Positions 45,922 to 59,289 of a stretch of DNA of 64,000 nucleotides are shown here, in pieces. The position numbers and the translations under genes were made by a program. Origin of the DNA: Camelus dromedarius (taxonomy: Eukaryota); the NCBI RefSeq assembly GCF_036321535.1, contig NC_087447.1:39868001-39932000 (forward strand), given 5' to 3'. The notes below the pieces were generated by a model. The model was not told the DNA's origin. It was given only the letters and a program-made list of their open reading frames with translations, and did no database searches. Position 1 is the stretch's first letter. Every line of letters begins with the position of its first letter.

Positions 45922-48900
45922 CTGAAAACGGGGGTGGGGAGAGGGTTGGGAGGAGGAGAGAAAAATATGCTTTAGAAAAATACAAAAAACTGATCAGCAG
46001 TCCTGATGTTGAGAAAGTCGCCGGCGTTTAAGAAATGAACCCAGAGAGGACAGACTGCTAGGAGTGAAACGAGGGCCCTGATTTCCTGGGACTGGACTGT
46101 ACCACTCATATTTAAGTGCAATTACTGTTTATTCCAAATAAGTTGGCTGTTTCTTGGATGGTGAATCTTTTCTTTCTTTATTGGAAGACATTTCTGCTGG
46201 AAGCAAACTCTTTGCCTCCTGGAGAAATCCACAGTAAACCAAATGGAAATGAAGGCCAGGGTGTGTCTGCCCTCCAGCTGGGGCCACAGAGGGAAGCGGA
46301 GAAACACATTTAACTGTGGGGCTGGGGTGGAGGAACTGAGGCCAACTTGGATAATTTAAACAGAGGGAGAGTGTTTTTTCAATGTTTAAATAGGGGAGCT
46401 TTTAAGTAAGTAGTACAGTCCTTGGGTAGCCAGCTTACTCTTTGAGAAAAGGGTAAGCACCCTCGAGGTTCACCCACACATCCACCCACGCATCCATCAT
46501 CTATCCACCCCCTCCCATCAATTCATCCTCTTTCTTCTCTAATTGATCAGTGCCTTCTATATACAAGCCCCTGGGCTGCACTTAGAGCAAACATCATGGG
46601 ACATATGACATACTTTCTGACCTTGAGGAACTTAGAGTAAAATGAGGTAGATGAACAGGTATGCGAGAACAGTTTTCCCCAAAGAGTCCTCCTGGGTTAT
46701 GCCTCATGTCCCAGCTCGGTTATTAGACTTGGACCGCCTTTCACTCTCAAATGTGTCGTGGATAGTCAATTACACGGTTGCCCGTTGCAGACAGGAAGTG
46801 CTGAGTGCAGGAAGGGAACAGGCACTTCCAGCTTGGAGGAGGGGGCGGTCAGGGAGACCCTCCAGGTTCTGGAATTGGAACTTAAAGGACACCTAGGATT
46901 TGGCTGGACACAGAGCAGAGCTCATTCCAGTGGGAGGAATGGCCCAAGAAAAAAGCAGAGTCAGGAGAGCACAGGTGTGTTCAGGAGGCCATTTGGAGGG
47001 ACGGTGGCTGCTGTTAGTCAATTGAGCACCGCTTTGGAGTTGAAACCTCATTGTGTGGGCATGGGAGCTGAGGAAGGAGTGCTGGGGTCAGGATGACCTT
47101 CTGATGAGGAGGAGGAGGGAGATGCATTTGATCAGGTCCCTACACAACCAGTTACCAGACACTTGGAGGATGGTCTAGGCGTGGCAAGAGGCTGTCAGAG
47201 CAAATTCATCTTCCACAAAGGCTCAGATGTCAAAAAGGAGCCTCCCAGCATTCGTGTTTCAGCTGAAACCTGCTTTCTTGACCCTCCTGCCCAAACTTCC
47301 AGAACCTTTTTCTCATATTCCCAACAGCCACAGAAACGAGCATCCTTGCAAAGTACTTTGACAGAAGGAAAGGTAGAGCTGGGTCAGGGCCAAGAGTGTA
47401 TCTGGATTCGATTAAGAAGAATGGACTCTCAAAGCAAAAAAGGAAGAGAAAAAATAAAAATACCATTTAAAACGGATCCAGTGAGGATAAACCAGGACTT
47501 TCTCCAAATTCAGCTCCAACATACGTAAACTTTTCACATGGGCTAATGGAATCTGTGTCCTTGTTTTGTGAGGCCATTCACAGACATGAAACTTCATCTT
47601 TGACTACACACAGAATTAAATGCTTTTAGGCAGAATGGAAAAGAAATCTGGGTTAAATGACCCCTCACACAGCATCCTGGTTCACTTCCATCCATTGTTT
47701 GTTCCCTAAAGAGCTCTCCCTGCGGTTCAGTCAGTGTCTTATGGCCAATTCTGTGTCCTGCTTCTGTGCCTGTTTAACTTGATAAGGCAAAATACCCCAT
47801 AAAACTTGACATGCATTGATGCCATTTTCTGTAACATGTCCTCCTTTGTCCCTCATGCTAACAAAACTGCCTACAGGAGAAATTAAGCCAGCAGCAGCCT
47901 TCCGATGGCCCATAACTGAGCTCAAAATAAGGCATGAGACGTGGCTCCCAGTGACCACCGTGTCCCCCGCTCCTCGCCCCTGCAGCAAGTCCTGAATAAG
48001 AGTTTAAAAATATATAACTAAATGGATCCACACTTGTATTGATTGATACAAATAACACAATAGAGGTGGCTTGGATTCACTAAGAAGATGCTTGTACCAG
48101 GATGCGCTGGGCTGGCCACATATCTATAAAATGCTCAGCACTGTGCTTGACGCAGTTGAGAGCCCAATAAATGAGGCCAATTAGTCCCTTCCAGTTGGCT
48201 GCACTTAGTGTCTGAACCACGTGTCTGCAGTGACAAGGGGCTTCTGACAGCCCTCTCTGCTGCTCCTCCTGGCAGGCAGGGCCAAGGTGTCATAGTCCTA
48301 TTATACCCCCTTGATGTTCAGCAAGTTCAGTAACCAGAAGGCACTGGAAGAAATACTTCATTAGGGCACAACTGAGCAGCACCCTGATGTCTTCCTCCCC
48401 TCGCATTAACTTCTGATCCCTGAGAACTCAGCCCAATGACCTTTCATCCTGGAAACTGGCCTGGCTGCCCAGGCAAAGCCTACCCACCCTCCGGGCTCCT
48501 CCTCACCGAGCGCCGGCATCGCTGCCAGAAGAACCCTGGATAACGCTGGGTAACCGGGGGGCTGCTACAAGGGACATTCCGCCTCGCAGCATGTTTATTT
48601 GGGAAAGAACAGAAACAAGCCAACAAAATGATGCCCTTTTGCTCAACAGGCACGAAGTTGGAAAATAAAATTGAATTTGAGTGTCTAATGGGGTTAGGAG
48701 CAGAATGAGACAGTCACTCCTCATGGAAACTGCACAGCCATGTGTGAATGGAAATTCCATCCAACAATCTGGAAAAGACGACTTGAGATCCCGGCTGTGC
48801 CTCTCCGGGTAGGTGAAAAGCAGCATTGCCCTCCATATGGGCACAGCCAGCTGGGGTCTCTCTCAAACACTCATGCACACAAGCCCCCACATGCACAGAT

Positions 48901-49298
48901 AGCTGCCCCTTCTCAATACCTGGGCATTGTTTGTTTAACCAGAAAACGATGATTCTACATGGCTTACGGGACACACACAGACACATCTTTCCTCCTGATT
49001 CCCACTACACACACCCTCGAATATACACACACAGGCTGCCTCCTGACAAAAGCACGAGAAGCCCAGGCACACACCCCACACAAGGCTGTCCCATAAGCAA
49101 GCACCGCTCTCCCACCCTTTGCACACACACCAGGGATAAGCCCACGTGCATCAGAAAGCTCATGCACATGCCTCCCAGCAGAGAGCACACCCAGACACAC
49201 TCAGTACTCATTCAGCTGCCTTTCTAGCAAGCTCCCCAGTGTGCCTTAGCTCCCATACCTTTAAGGGCGCAAGATGTTTGTGGTAGTTTCCAACTTAC

Positions 49299-49414
49299 CT
49301 GGACCACAACCACTTGGATGGAAACGTGGTCCGGGAGTCGGATTGGTGCCCGGAAATATTGGGAGAGAGCAACCAGCAGATGCAAGATGGCTACCAGGCT
49401 CTTGGCATGAACAG
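49299..49414 (-). CDS. PARVA: PARVA exon 6: (S)VHAKSLVAILHLLVALSQYFRAPIRLPDHVSIQVVVVQ
   Basis: 116 nt; tttcag|CT ... CAG|gtaagt. Confidence 0.98.
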
Positions 49415-51553
49415 CTGAAATAACGGATGATTGCAAAGTTAGAGAATCTTCTAAGTTCTAGGGAGATATAAGCAGATATTCTAATGTAGCAGTACCATAC
49501 CCGATGCCCCTTCCAGCCCCTCCATGGGTCCGGGGACACCCTTGGTCATCCCAGGCCTCACCCTGAGCCCCTCAGTTCTTGGCCAGTGTCACCCATGGAT
49601 CTCCTTCGTAGACCATGTTGTTGCTGGGTTGCAAGGTAGTGTCTCTCTGCTCTAATCCAAGGTTTCCACCGGAACCCCGGCAACTGCTGAATTCTGAGCC
49701 CAGATCAGCCCTCCACCACCCCCATGTTCTTGTTTATTCCAACAGCCATGAGCACACCTGCTTTGCACCCCCTCTCCCTTCCCTTCTGACTATGGACTCT
49801 TGGGGTTATCACCACTGCCCTTGTCCCAAGGCTCTACACAATGCAAGCTCTCAGTCAATGGACATGAGTCAGGAACACTGGATCCCTTCCTTTTTTCAGG
49901 GCTTTAAGACCCCTGGAGGAAGGCATGAGAGACATCTAAAGGGCTCTGTTGCCCTTTTGAGTGACATACACAGCGTAGACAATGATCTTTGAGGAACATC
50001 TGGGAGGGGATGCTCACGACCCAGCTGGCTTTTGTAGCTACTGAGCTATGTGCTGGATGTTAACTCATCTGTGTTGGAGAAGGCTGGGCAACTACTGGGT
50101 TGTAGTTTTCTCAGTAGTTGGAAGAAGACTGATGGAACGGAGTGCACGATGTCAGGCAGACTGGAGCCTGAGTTCTGACTGGACATCTCTATACAGTTTC
50201 TCTCTCTCTCTCTCATACACACATACATGCTATGTGTACAGATACTAATTATTGTATATTATATTGTTATCTTTAAAAAATCTGGGAAACACTTATATCC
50301 AACAGCAAGAGGATGGTTTAGGCCAGTGGGTTTCAAATATTTTTTTGTTACTAAGGAGAAAAACCCTTTGTTCTAAAAGCCATTAGGCAAAACTGATGAA
50401 AAAAGTACAGCCGTTCTGGTCCCTGAGTCCTGCCTGCAGCCCGCTCACAGCTGCTTCTCTTCTCCGCAACAATGCCTGGGTTTTTCCTTGCAAATCTCCA
50501 GGTTAGGCCAAGCATGGTTTAATAGTCACTGCTTCAATAAATTATGGTACAGCCACATAGTGGAATAGTTTGCATGCACTGAAAATCACTGTTAAGACAA
50601 TGCAACTATAAATATTAATAATGTAATGTTAAAGAGAAACAATGGAAATAATGTAAACATATACATTTATGGATTTACATACATATAAATACACATATAT
50701 TTATATATAGGTATATAAAAATACATATACATTTATATAACTACACATACGTGCACACACACACAAGCATGTACTTGAGATCAAGACTTGGAAAGGAATA
50801 CAAAAAAATAAGGAAAACTGTTATGCTAGAGTAGTTTTTTCCCCTCCCTATTTCAAACGTTTCTTTAGAATAAAGACATGTTATCTTTTCAATTAACAAA
50901 ACCTCTAACAACCTCTGCATATCTGGGCACTCTCATCATTGCCGTCTCTCTGCACATCTCCCAGGACTTTTCTCCCTGAGGCCGGGCAGAAGACAGGGCC
51001 ACTCAAGTCGGGAGGGAAACGTGCAGAGTGCGAGCAGGGCCGAGACCCAAGACTCCGCGGTAGAAACTGGCCACCGCGGCCGCTGTGCCAACAGTGACGC
51101 TCTAGGGCTGGCAACCGTTTCAAAGGAGCTGCTGAGACAGAAATAGTCCTCCAAACACAAACTGTGGTGGAAACAAAACCTGGTGCAGTTTTGAGGGGAG
51201 GCAGTTTGACAATATGTGTTAGGACCTTAAAATTCTTTGGCCCTAAACTACCACTGCGAGGTCTTTATCCTAAAGAAGAAGTAATTATGTCATTGAGCAG
51301 AGACTCATCACGCTGTATTGATATCAGTGAACAAATGGAAAACAACCTTAAAAATCTATCATTAGTTAAGTAAATTATGATCCATCCATACTGTCATAAT
51401 ATTAAAAGTGACATATGGAAGGATAGTTGATGATCTGTAAAGATATACCTCTTCTAAACAATATATTCAGGTTGATCTCACCTTCATAACAATAGAAAAT
51501 GTTTTATGTATAAAGTATGTACCACATTTTGCTTATTGGCATACTTATTTCTT

Positions 51554-51556
<3 letters not shown>

Positions 51557-51597
<41 letters not shown>
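51557..51597. repeat. (AC)20 microsatellite
   Basis: Perfect dinucleotide run. Confidence 0.97.
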
Positions 51598-51598
<1 letters not shown>

Positions 51599-52789
51599 CT
51601 TGAAGGAACACACCACAAGGCAGTGCCTATATCTGACGGGCAGCTCAAGAAGGGGAGCACATGAAGGCCGGACTCTGTCTCATGCCTGGCTCCTCCCTTC
51701 ACCTCCCGTGTGACCTTGGTCAATGACACTCCTCTAGCAAAAAGTACTGTGCTTAGTATGTGCCAGTCATGCTTCCAGGTTTTAGAGACACAGTAGGAAA
51801 GAGACAAAAATCCCTGCCCTCAGGAAGCTGACATTCATTGTTTCTTAACCTCTCTACGCCTTGACTGTCCCATCTGTAAAATGGGGACAGAGAGTTCTTA
51901 CCATAGATGGCTGAGTGAAGATTACAAGGATCAAAATATGTGAAGTGTTTACATTAGTATTAGGCATACAGTAAGCACCATAAATACGTTAGATGTTATT
52001 TAAATCTCTTTGAATTTATTAGTATTTTCTAAATTTTCAATAATGGAAATTCTTGTTGTGAATTAAAAAAAAAGAGAAAAGGAAGAACTCCCTAAGGCCC
52101 AGGATCAAGGTCCTTGGGAACTCAGCAGCTGTCCCTACCACCCTTCCTGAGTGGAAAGTTGCCACAACGTCCTCAGAAACAGCCAGGGAAGATAAGTGAG
52201 GGAGGAGGGGTCGGGTCATGCCTGCCACATTCCTCACGATAGGAACCACTGCTGCTTGAAGTCCCGAGGCATTGCAGGGAGCAAGCCACTGAGATAATTA
52301 TTCCCTCTGACCTAGGATAAGTCCTCTCAGTTCTGGAAATATATTTGACGAGAATAATTCGAGAGAAGCCAAAAAGAGACACAACTTAACATTCAACTTG
52401 ACACTATCTGATATTAGCAATAAGCTGGAAAACACCCTAAAAAAGGATTAATGTCAACACACGGTTTAAGTTAACTATGGGATATCTACCCCAGGAAACA
52501 GAGCACCTATCAAAAATTATAACTACCAGGGCCACATGCAAATACAGATGTGCGTGATGTAACATTAAGGGAGAATAACAAAATGAGTTTGTGTGCCTTC
52601 ATCAAGTGAAAGTATGAAACATATGCATTGATGTGGACAGTGATGGCAAAAAATGAAGAGCCAGATAAGAGTGGTCAGATGAATGATTATTTCACTCATA
52701 CACATCTCCCTACAAGAAATGAAAGTGAATGTGAACCCAAAACAAATCATTCAAAGCCACTGAAGACAATGGTTTTGATATGGCTTTAA

Positions 52790-52985
52790 AAATTCAATGT
52801 GTCCATGTTGGTTCATTGATTGTACCAAATATGTCACACTGATGAGGTATGTTGAGGGTAGGGGAGTATATACGTGTGGGTGGGGAGGGCTATGTGGGAA
52901 CTCTACTTTCTGCTCAGTTCTGCTGTAAACCTGAAACTGCTCTAAAAAAAAAAAAAAGAAGCCTAACAAAAAAAAAGGCAAAAAA
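52790..52985 (+). mobile_element. Old L1 (L1MB/L1MC-type) 3' terminus with A tail
   Basis: gggaactctactttctgctcagttctgctgtaaacctgaaactgctctaaaaaaaa. Confidence 0.8.
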
Positions 52986-53618
52986 ACTCCCATCTTCTAT
53001 TTCAGTCTTTCCCAAAGTGCGTTCCATGGTAAGTGAAAAGGTGTTTTGTTCTGTTTTGGAGGGATACATAGAGGTGGTCCATATTCAAAGGAGTGGGAAA
53101 TAGGATAAAACAAAACCAAGCAGGGGTCTTCATTAGAGGACTTGAATGCTTATGACGATTATGGATTTCTAAAATGCAGATACATTTCCCAATCTAGTAA
53201 TCAGCCCCACTTTGCCTTCTCCTGCTGAATACTATTAACATCCCTGGGACGCGGGACAGCATCTAAGGCCAAGGGTCGTGGCCTCCCCTCGTCCTGCCCT
53301 CAGGTATCTCCTCTGCTCAGCAGAGGATGCCCTGTTCCCAGCAAAGGCTGGGAAGCTGTGCGAGGCAGCTTATCACGCTGGGCAAGCAAAGACGTAATTA
53401 TGCTGAAGGAGGTACTTGGCGTCTCGCCTCCCTTGTTGGGTGTTAGGAACCACTGAAGAGACTGCCACTGGCAGTTGCTGGGTCTCTAACTTGGAGAGGT
53501 GAAGATTCCCTTTTCTTTCTGAAGTTTAAAAGGCTTTTTTTTCTTTTTGCAGGGGTAGGAAGGAAGAGATGTCCATTTTAAGTTGCATACATCAGATGCA
53601 GTAAATTCTAGTACTTAA

Positions 53619-53790
53619 CCCCTTAATACTTAAAGGCAAAAAACCACAATCTAAGTCATTGTACTCACCTAAATTCATATTTTTATCTATTACAAATAAC
53701 AACTTTGGGTTTCCTATGGGAAATATGTTGTTGCTACCGGATTCCCCAAATTCTACTGAATTCATGTTGACTCTGATAGGGACTCATTTA
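53619..53790. repeat. Copy A of a ~170-bp diverged direct repeat
   Basis: Shares the exact 22-mer ttaatacttaaaggcaaaaaac and collinear blocks with 55353-55524. Confidence 0.85.
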
Positions 53791-54366
53791 AGCCCACATT
53801 AGACAGCCAGACCCTTGAGGCAACAAAAGAATGAACAGTTTATACTTTCTGAGATCCTTGGGCTATGCTAGTGTGAAAATCTGAATTTTCCAATCCTGTT
53901 CCAGTGCCTACGCTCTCAGCTGCACCTTTGCTCCCTCTGGACAGTAAGGGGGTGGGAGGAAGGGCTTGGGTGCTGGAACAGAGCCAAGTCCTTGCTCCCC
54001 GCTTCTCAGCTGCACGAACTAGGGATCTCTGCTTCCGAGAGCCTCTGCAAGCTGGAGACAAGAGCTTTCCCGGAAGGTTGTGCTGAGACTCAGAAGTAGC
54101 TCAATGGATCGGAGCTTCCTTCCCCTTCCAATCTCACATGAGTTTTCTACAGAAAGCCTTTTACAAAAAAGGAACACTAGACTCGGACATTGTGCTATTG
54201 TCCCCAATAGCTTTCTTTCTAAGGAAAGGCATACGTCGCTCAGAGATAAATGGGTTTGCACCCACCCGGGCCGCCTAGCTCATGATGTGGCTGCCTGGCC
54301 TGGGGGAACCCCACGGCAGGGGCCGCAGGTGTCATTAATGGCCCCGCTTTCCCTTGCAAAACTCAC

Positions 54367-54507
54367 AGTCTACATTCCACTTGATGCTCCTGGGAGGAAG
54401 CTTCAGGGTTTCGTTGATCTTCTCCAGGACAGTCTGCAGCTTTTGCTTCTGAGCAATCTCTGACTGGGTGACCTCAGCCACGTTCAGCTTCTCACTCTCA
54501 AGTTTCT
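54367..54507 (-). CDS. PARVA: PARVA exon 5: (E)KLESEKLNVAEVTQSEIAQKQKLQTVLEKINETLKLPPRSIKWNVD(S)
   Basis: 141 nt; ccccag|AG ... GACT|gtgagt; part of the CH1 domain. Confidence 0.98.
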
Positions 54508-55007
54508 CTGGGGGTGACAAGGGAAAAGAGAACAGCTGTGATCTTTGCCATGGACAGCCCTAACTCATGCACGCACACAGTCACTCCCTTGCTCGCCAGA
54601 CACATACGGAGCACCTCGTATGTGACGGACACCGCTCTCCCCACCGTCTGATGGCGGCACTGGTGGCACCAGGATATATTGTGAAAACCTTGTGATTGTG
54701 TACTGAATCTCCAAATTGTAAGATCCCAGGACCACAGAAGGGGGGCATTTAACGCAGCTTGTCCTATTTAGGCTCTTCCTCCTCATTTGGGGTTTTTTCC
54801 CTCTTCTTGTCACTTCTGCCTTCTTCTCCAAGGACATTTCTGTGCCCTGACTGGAAGGCTTCCATGCTTCCCCTGGGCAGTGGTCAAGTCCTTATTCAAG
54901 GGGTTGTGAACACTCCTGCAGTACAATATGTGTCCTGGTGAGTCGTATTTCTCTGTCTTAAGCATGTTCCTTCCTTTTAAACCCACCTGCAAGGTAACTA
55001 ATCTGGT

Positions 55008-55190
55008 ATCCAATTCATCAGTTCTAAGGCACACATCTTTTCACATTGTAACATCCCTGAAATCATGCTGTCTTAAAATTGATGGCACCCTACAACTGCG
55101 GACAGCCAGGTGGAAGGTATTGTAAGAGTTGTCACTGCTTCCACGAGCGTGAACTTGGTCATAGCTCTTCATAGTGGGGTCACTTCCATG
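55008..55190 (+). mobile_element. TcMar-Tc2 DNA transposon fragment (MER104/Kanga-like)
   Basis: ttcatcagttctaaggcacacatcttttcacattgtaacatccctgaaatc...gacagccaggtgg...gaacttggtcatagct matches the recalled MER104/Kanga 5' end. Confidence 0.7.
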
Positions 55191-55352
55191 TCTCAATAAG
55201 CCTACAAGAACAATTTCAAAAAGTAGGATATGAACATTCTAGGCAAGAAGCAAGCACTGGGCAATAGTTTAATTGAAGTGCTTTCTCTCTCTCCCAGTGG
55301 TATTTATACTGATGTGCTTTAAAATCAATGGTCCTTATATGCAATGACATTA

Positions 55353-55524
55353 CCCTTTAATACTTAAAGGCAAAAAACAATCTAATCATTTTATTAGTCT
55401 AAATTTATATTTTTATCTTGAAGAACAACTTCGGATTCCCTAATGGGAAATACGTTTTCTGTTATTGGATTCACCTAATACACTCTCCACAGCCATTCGA
55501 GGACTGATAGAACTGACATTTGAA
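55353..55524. repeat. Copy B of the ~170-bp diverged direct repeat
   Basis: See copy A; offset 1734 nt. Confidence 0.85.
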
Positions 55525-56849
55525 ACATGTTTAAAACGTCTTTTCTCATTTTTAAGGGCTGCCATACAAACGAATTGAACTTCTCCATTCATCAGTGGTT
55601 CCCCTACAAGCTTATTATTTATTTTATTTTTTGGTAGCTGTAGCCTATCCAAGTCAAATATCCCTTGGGTAATTCTTTGAAGATGAGGTTGCCCACTGGA
55701 AAATTTCTGCAGGTTCTGTGGATTTAAGAATTGTTTTCAGCACCTTGATAGGATGATCTCAAACTATTCTTATTTGTGATGGCCTGAAATGTTATTTCTC
55801 TCTTTTCTTTAGTTACTTGAGACCATCATTATTTCTAAAGTTCAGGGATTTAATAAGCATATATTTAAGAGTCTTTCTCTTGAATGTTAAACCTTCTAAA
55901 GAAACCGTGTGCCTTTTCTGTTTTCAAGCTATGAATTTTTACCTTGGATCCTCTCCTAATGAAGAAGTAACAAGTTATTTTCATCCTATACTGCAACTAC
56001 CAGCATTTGGTAGAGGTACACTGGCCACTGTCAGAGGCTGCCCAAGGTACTTGGTTAAGGAAACGTCTGAAGCTTTATCTTGGCTCAGAGGAAGGCTGCT
56101 GGGATGCATTAGTGACAGCTGTCTTGGGAGTGGATGGGGTAGGTGGGGTGGGGAGAAGCAGCAGCACAAGAACCACTTTTTTGCTAGCCCTGTTGTATTA
56201 CATTGTTGCCTCTGAATTTTCATATTTATAACCTCCTCTGGCATTGGACTACTTAGAGTGAACAGTGTAAGTCTCTGAGTCTTTTCCAAGTTAGTAACTT
56301 TTTCTTGCTCTGTCGTCCATTCTGTTCTTGTTTTTTAAAAATTGGATTTTACACATTATGTACTGGAACATTCACTGTTTTTCTCTTTCCACCAATATTT
56401 TAAAGTAGTTTATAATACTGAAATTACAAGTCATTCTTCCTAAAATTTAAAAAAATCTTTTTTTTAGCATCTGGCATTTCTTATTCTGGAGAAGAGTTTT
56501 TTATGGCTTTGCTTTATTTATTTGCATTACTTAATATTTTAGAAAATGTAATTCTTCACTTTTTCTACTTTAGTTATTAAGCTTTGGGTTTATCTGCTTG
56601 CTTTTAATTTTTGTTGTTGGATACTTTTATGCGTTGACATTGGAACCTATATGGATTTGAGTAGAGAGACTATCTCAAAGTAGCCCTTATTAACAGTTTT
56701 AGGTGTATCTCTTCACGTTCATAATACACACAATAGAAAGAGTCTCTCTCATTCTCTCTGTTAATAAAAATAAGATTACAGTGTATAAATTTTCTGCTAC
56801 TTTTTTTTTCCCATTTAAGCATATATCTATGTCTCAATATATATGGATA

Positions 56850-58212
56850 CACCTTTTTTTTTTTTTTTTTGTACTTTTGGACAAACTTCACCCATTTTAT
56901 CCATTTCCCCTTCCCCATCCTCTGGCAACCACCAATCTGTTCTCTGTCTATCAGGTCATTTTTTGTTTTGTTTTGTTTAGATTCAACATATAGGTGAGAT
57001 CATAAGGTATTTGTTTTCTTAATTTCTTTCTGATAGATAGTTCATTATTAATGTATAGAATAAAAACAGATTTTTTTGTATACTGATTTTATACCCTGCA
57101 ACTTCACTGAATTAGTTTATTAGTTCTAACAGTTTGTTGGTGGAGTCTTTAGGGTTTTCTGTATATAACATCACATCACTTGCAAATAGTGACAGTTTTA
57201 CTTCTCCTTTCTGATTTGGATGCCTTTTATTTCTTTCTCTTGCCTAAGTGCTCTGGCTTGGACTTCTAATACTATTTCGAATAAAAGTGTCTAGGGTGGG
57301 CATCCTTGTCTTATTCCTGATTTTAGAGGAAAAGCTTTAAGCTTTTCACTATTGAGTATGATGTTAGCTGTGAACTTGTCGTATATGGCCTTTATTATGT
57401 TCAGGTAAGTTCCCTCCATACCCATTTTGAGAGTTTTTTTTTTTTAATCATAAATGGATACTGAATTTTGTCAAATGCTTTTTCTACATCTATTAAGATG
57501 ATCTTATGATTTTTATTCTTCACTTTAAAAATGTGGTGTATCACATTGATTTGTGGGTGTTGAACCATCCTTGCATCCATAAATACACCCCAGTTGACCA
57601 TGGTGTATGATCCTTTTAATGTATTGTAGAACTCAGTTTGCTAATATTTTGTTAAGGATTTTTCCATCTGTGTTCATCAAGGACATAATTTTCTTTTCTT
57701 AGGTGTCCTTGTCTGGTTCTGGTATCAGGATAATTCTGGTCTTGTAAAAATGAGTTTGGAAGTGTACTCTCTTCTTTTTTTTTTTCAAAGAGTTTTAGAA
57801 GGATTTTTTGTTTTTAATGTTTGGTAGAATTCATTAGTGAAGCCATCTGGTCCTGGGCTTTTGTTTGTTCGGAGGGTTTTTGATGACTGATTTAGTCTCT
57901 CTACTAGTAACAAGTCTGTTTAAAATTTGTTTCATCATGATTCAGTCTCGGTAGGCTGTGAGTTTTAGGAGTTTGTTTGTTTGTTTATTTATTTATTTAT
58001 TTAGATTGTCTAGCTTTTTGGTGTATAATTAGTCATAATAGTCTCTTGTGATTGTATTTCTGTGGTATCAGTTTTATCATCTCTTTCGTTTCTGATTTTA
58101 TTTGAGTTCTCTCTCTTTTCCTTAATGAGTGTAGCTAAAGGTTTGTCAATTTCATTTTCTCCAAGAACCAGCTCTTGGTTTCACTGATCTTTTCCATTGA
58201 CTTTTTTAGTCT
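56850..58212 (-). mobile_element. L1 fragments: 3'UTR piece (56850-57010) joined directly to the ORF2 RT region
   Basis: ORF 57401-57601 [32 protein letters not shown]; homologous to ~27740-28870. Confidence 0.9.
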
Positions 58213-59289
58213 GCATATATGTCTCACGTAAACATACATCATGATTATCTTTCTATGTCAGTATAAATCAATGCAACGCAATCTTTTAAAAACCGCATAA
58301 TATATTACAGGACTTATAACTTATTCAACCATTCCCCTGTAGATACGTAGTCAAATTGTATTCCACTTTTTTCCTATTTGTAATAAAGTTGCAGTAAGCA
58401 TCCTGTGTGTGTGTATGTATGTATCACCAGCTGATTATTACTGGTTAAAAAGAAAAGCTGTTGCCTTACAAATTTTCTTCTTGAATACAGTCATCTTACC
58501 AAATCCCCTTATTGGTTCTATTATTGTTTGAGTTTTTAGCATTCTGTATGTAAACAATATAAAACACGGTTATCTCTATTTTGTAAGCTTATATTACTTA
58601 TTTCAATTTTATGACATTTTAATATAGAAGGTTTGAGAGCCTTTTCTGTTGTTTCTACCCTTCACATTTTAAAAATATTCAATCCTCAAAATTTAGGAGA
58701 TACACTCAAATATTCCTACATTTAAACAGTAATTTAATTCAGTGTTGCTAAGAATTTAAAGACAATTTATTTTTAAAGTCTCCTAGTTTTCTTCTTTTTT
58801 ATTAGGCTAATTTCAGCTAGTTCCATGAACATTTTCTATTGCTAAAATTTTTTTTATTTTTCCAGGAAATTGTTTCTCCCATGTATTTACAGTTCTGCAA
58901 ATTGTTCATCATCAGTTTAACTTGTTGTAAAGTAGTATGCACGATTTTGAAATAGGATTCTATTTAGAAAATTTTCTCAGGTAGGATTATTTTGTGAACC
59001 TTTCAGTTGTTTTTCAAGTTAGCATCCAAATATGCTTTTTTAGCGATTATTTATAGAAAACAATGAAACAGTATTCAAAAAGTTCTGAAGTATCAAGACA
59101 GGGCAGAATAAACTCAATTATCCTGAATGGTAGAAGAACTGAGACGTTCTAAACAAACATAGTTGCCATGTGTATTATACTATATTAATGTAACCACCCT
59201 TCAAAGAATTATAATCCATAGACTATTCCTTCTAGTATGAGCAATTCCTGAGCTACGATTTTTTCCAAATATATGGAGAGGGATAGTTA

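Noticed and set aside
49912..49935. ggaggaaggcatgagagacat (GGRHERH), resembling the exon 8-9 junction SGRHERD
   Set aside because: A ~10-nt match on the opposite strand with no extension; coincidental.
55165..55201. LLRHGSDPTMK resembles an ankyrin-repeat motif
   Set aside because: It derives largely from the antisense strand of a DNA transposon fragment and has no flanking ankyrin residues.
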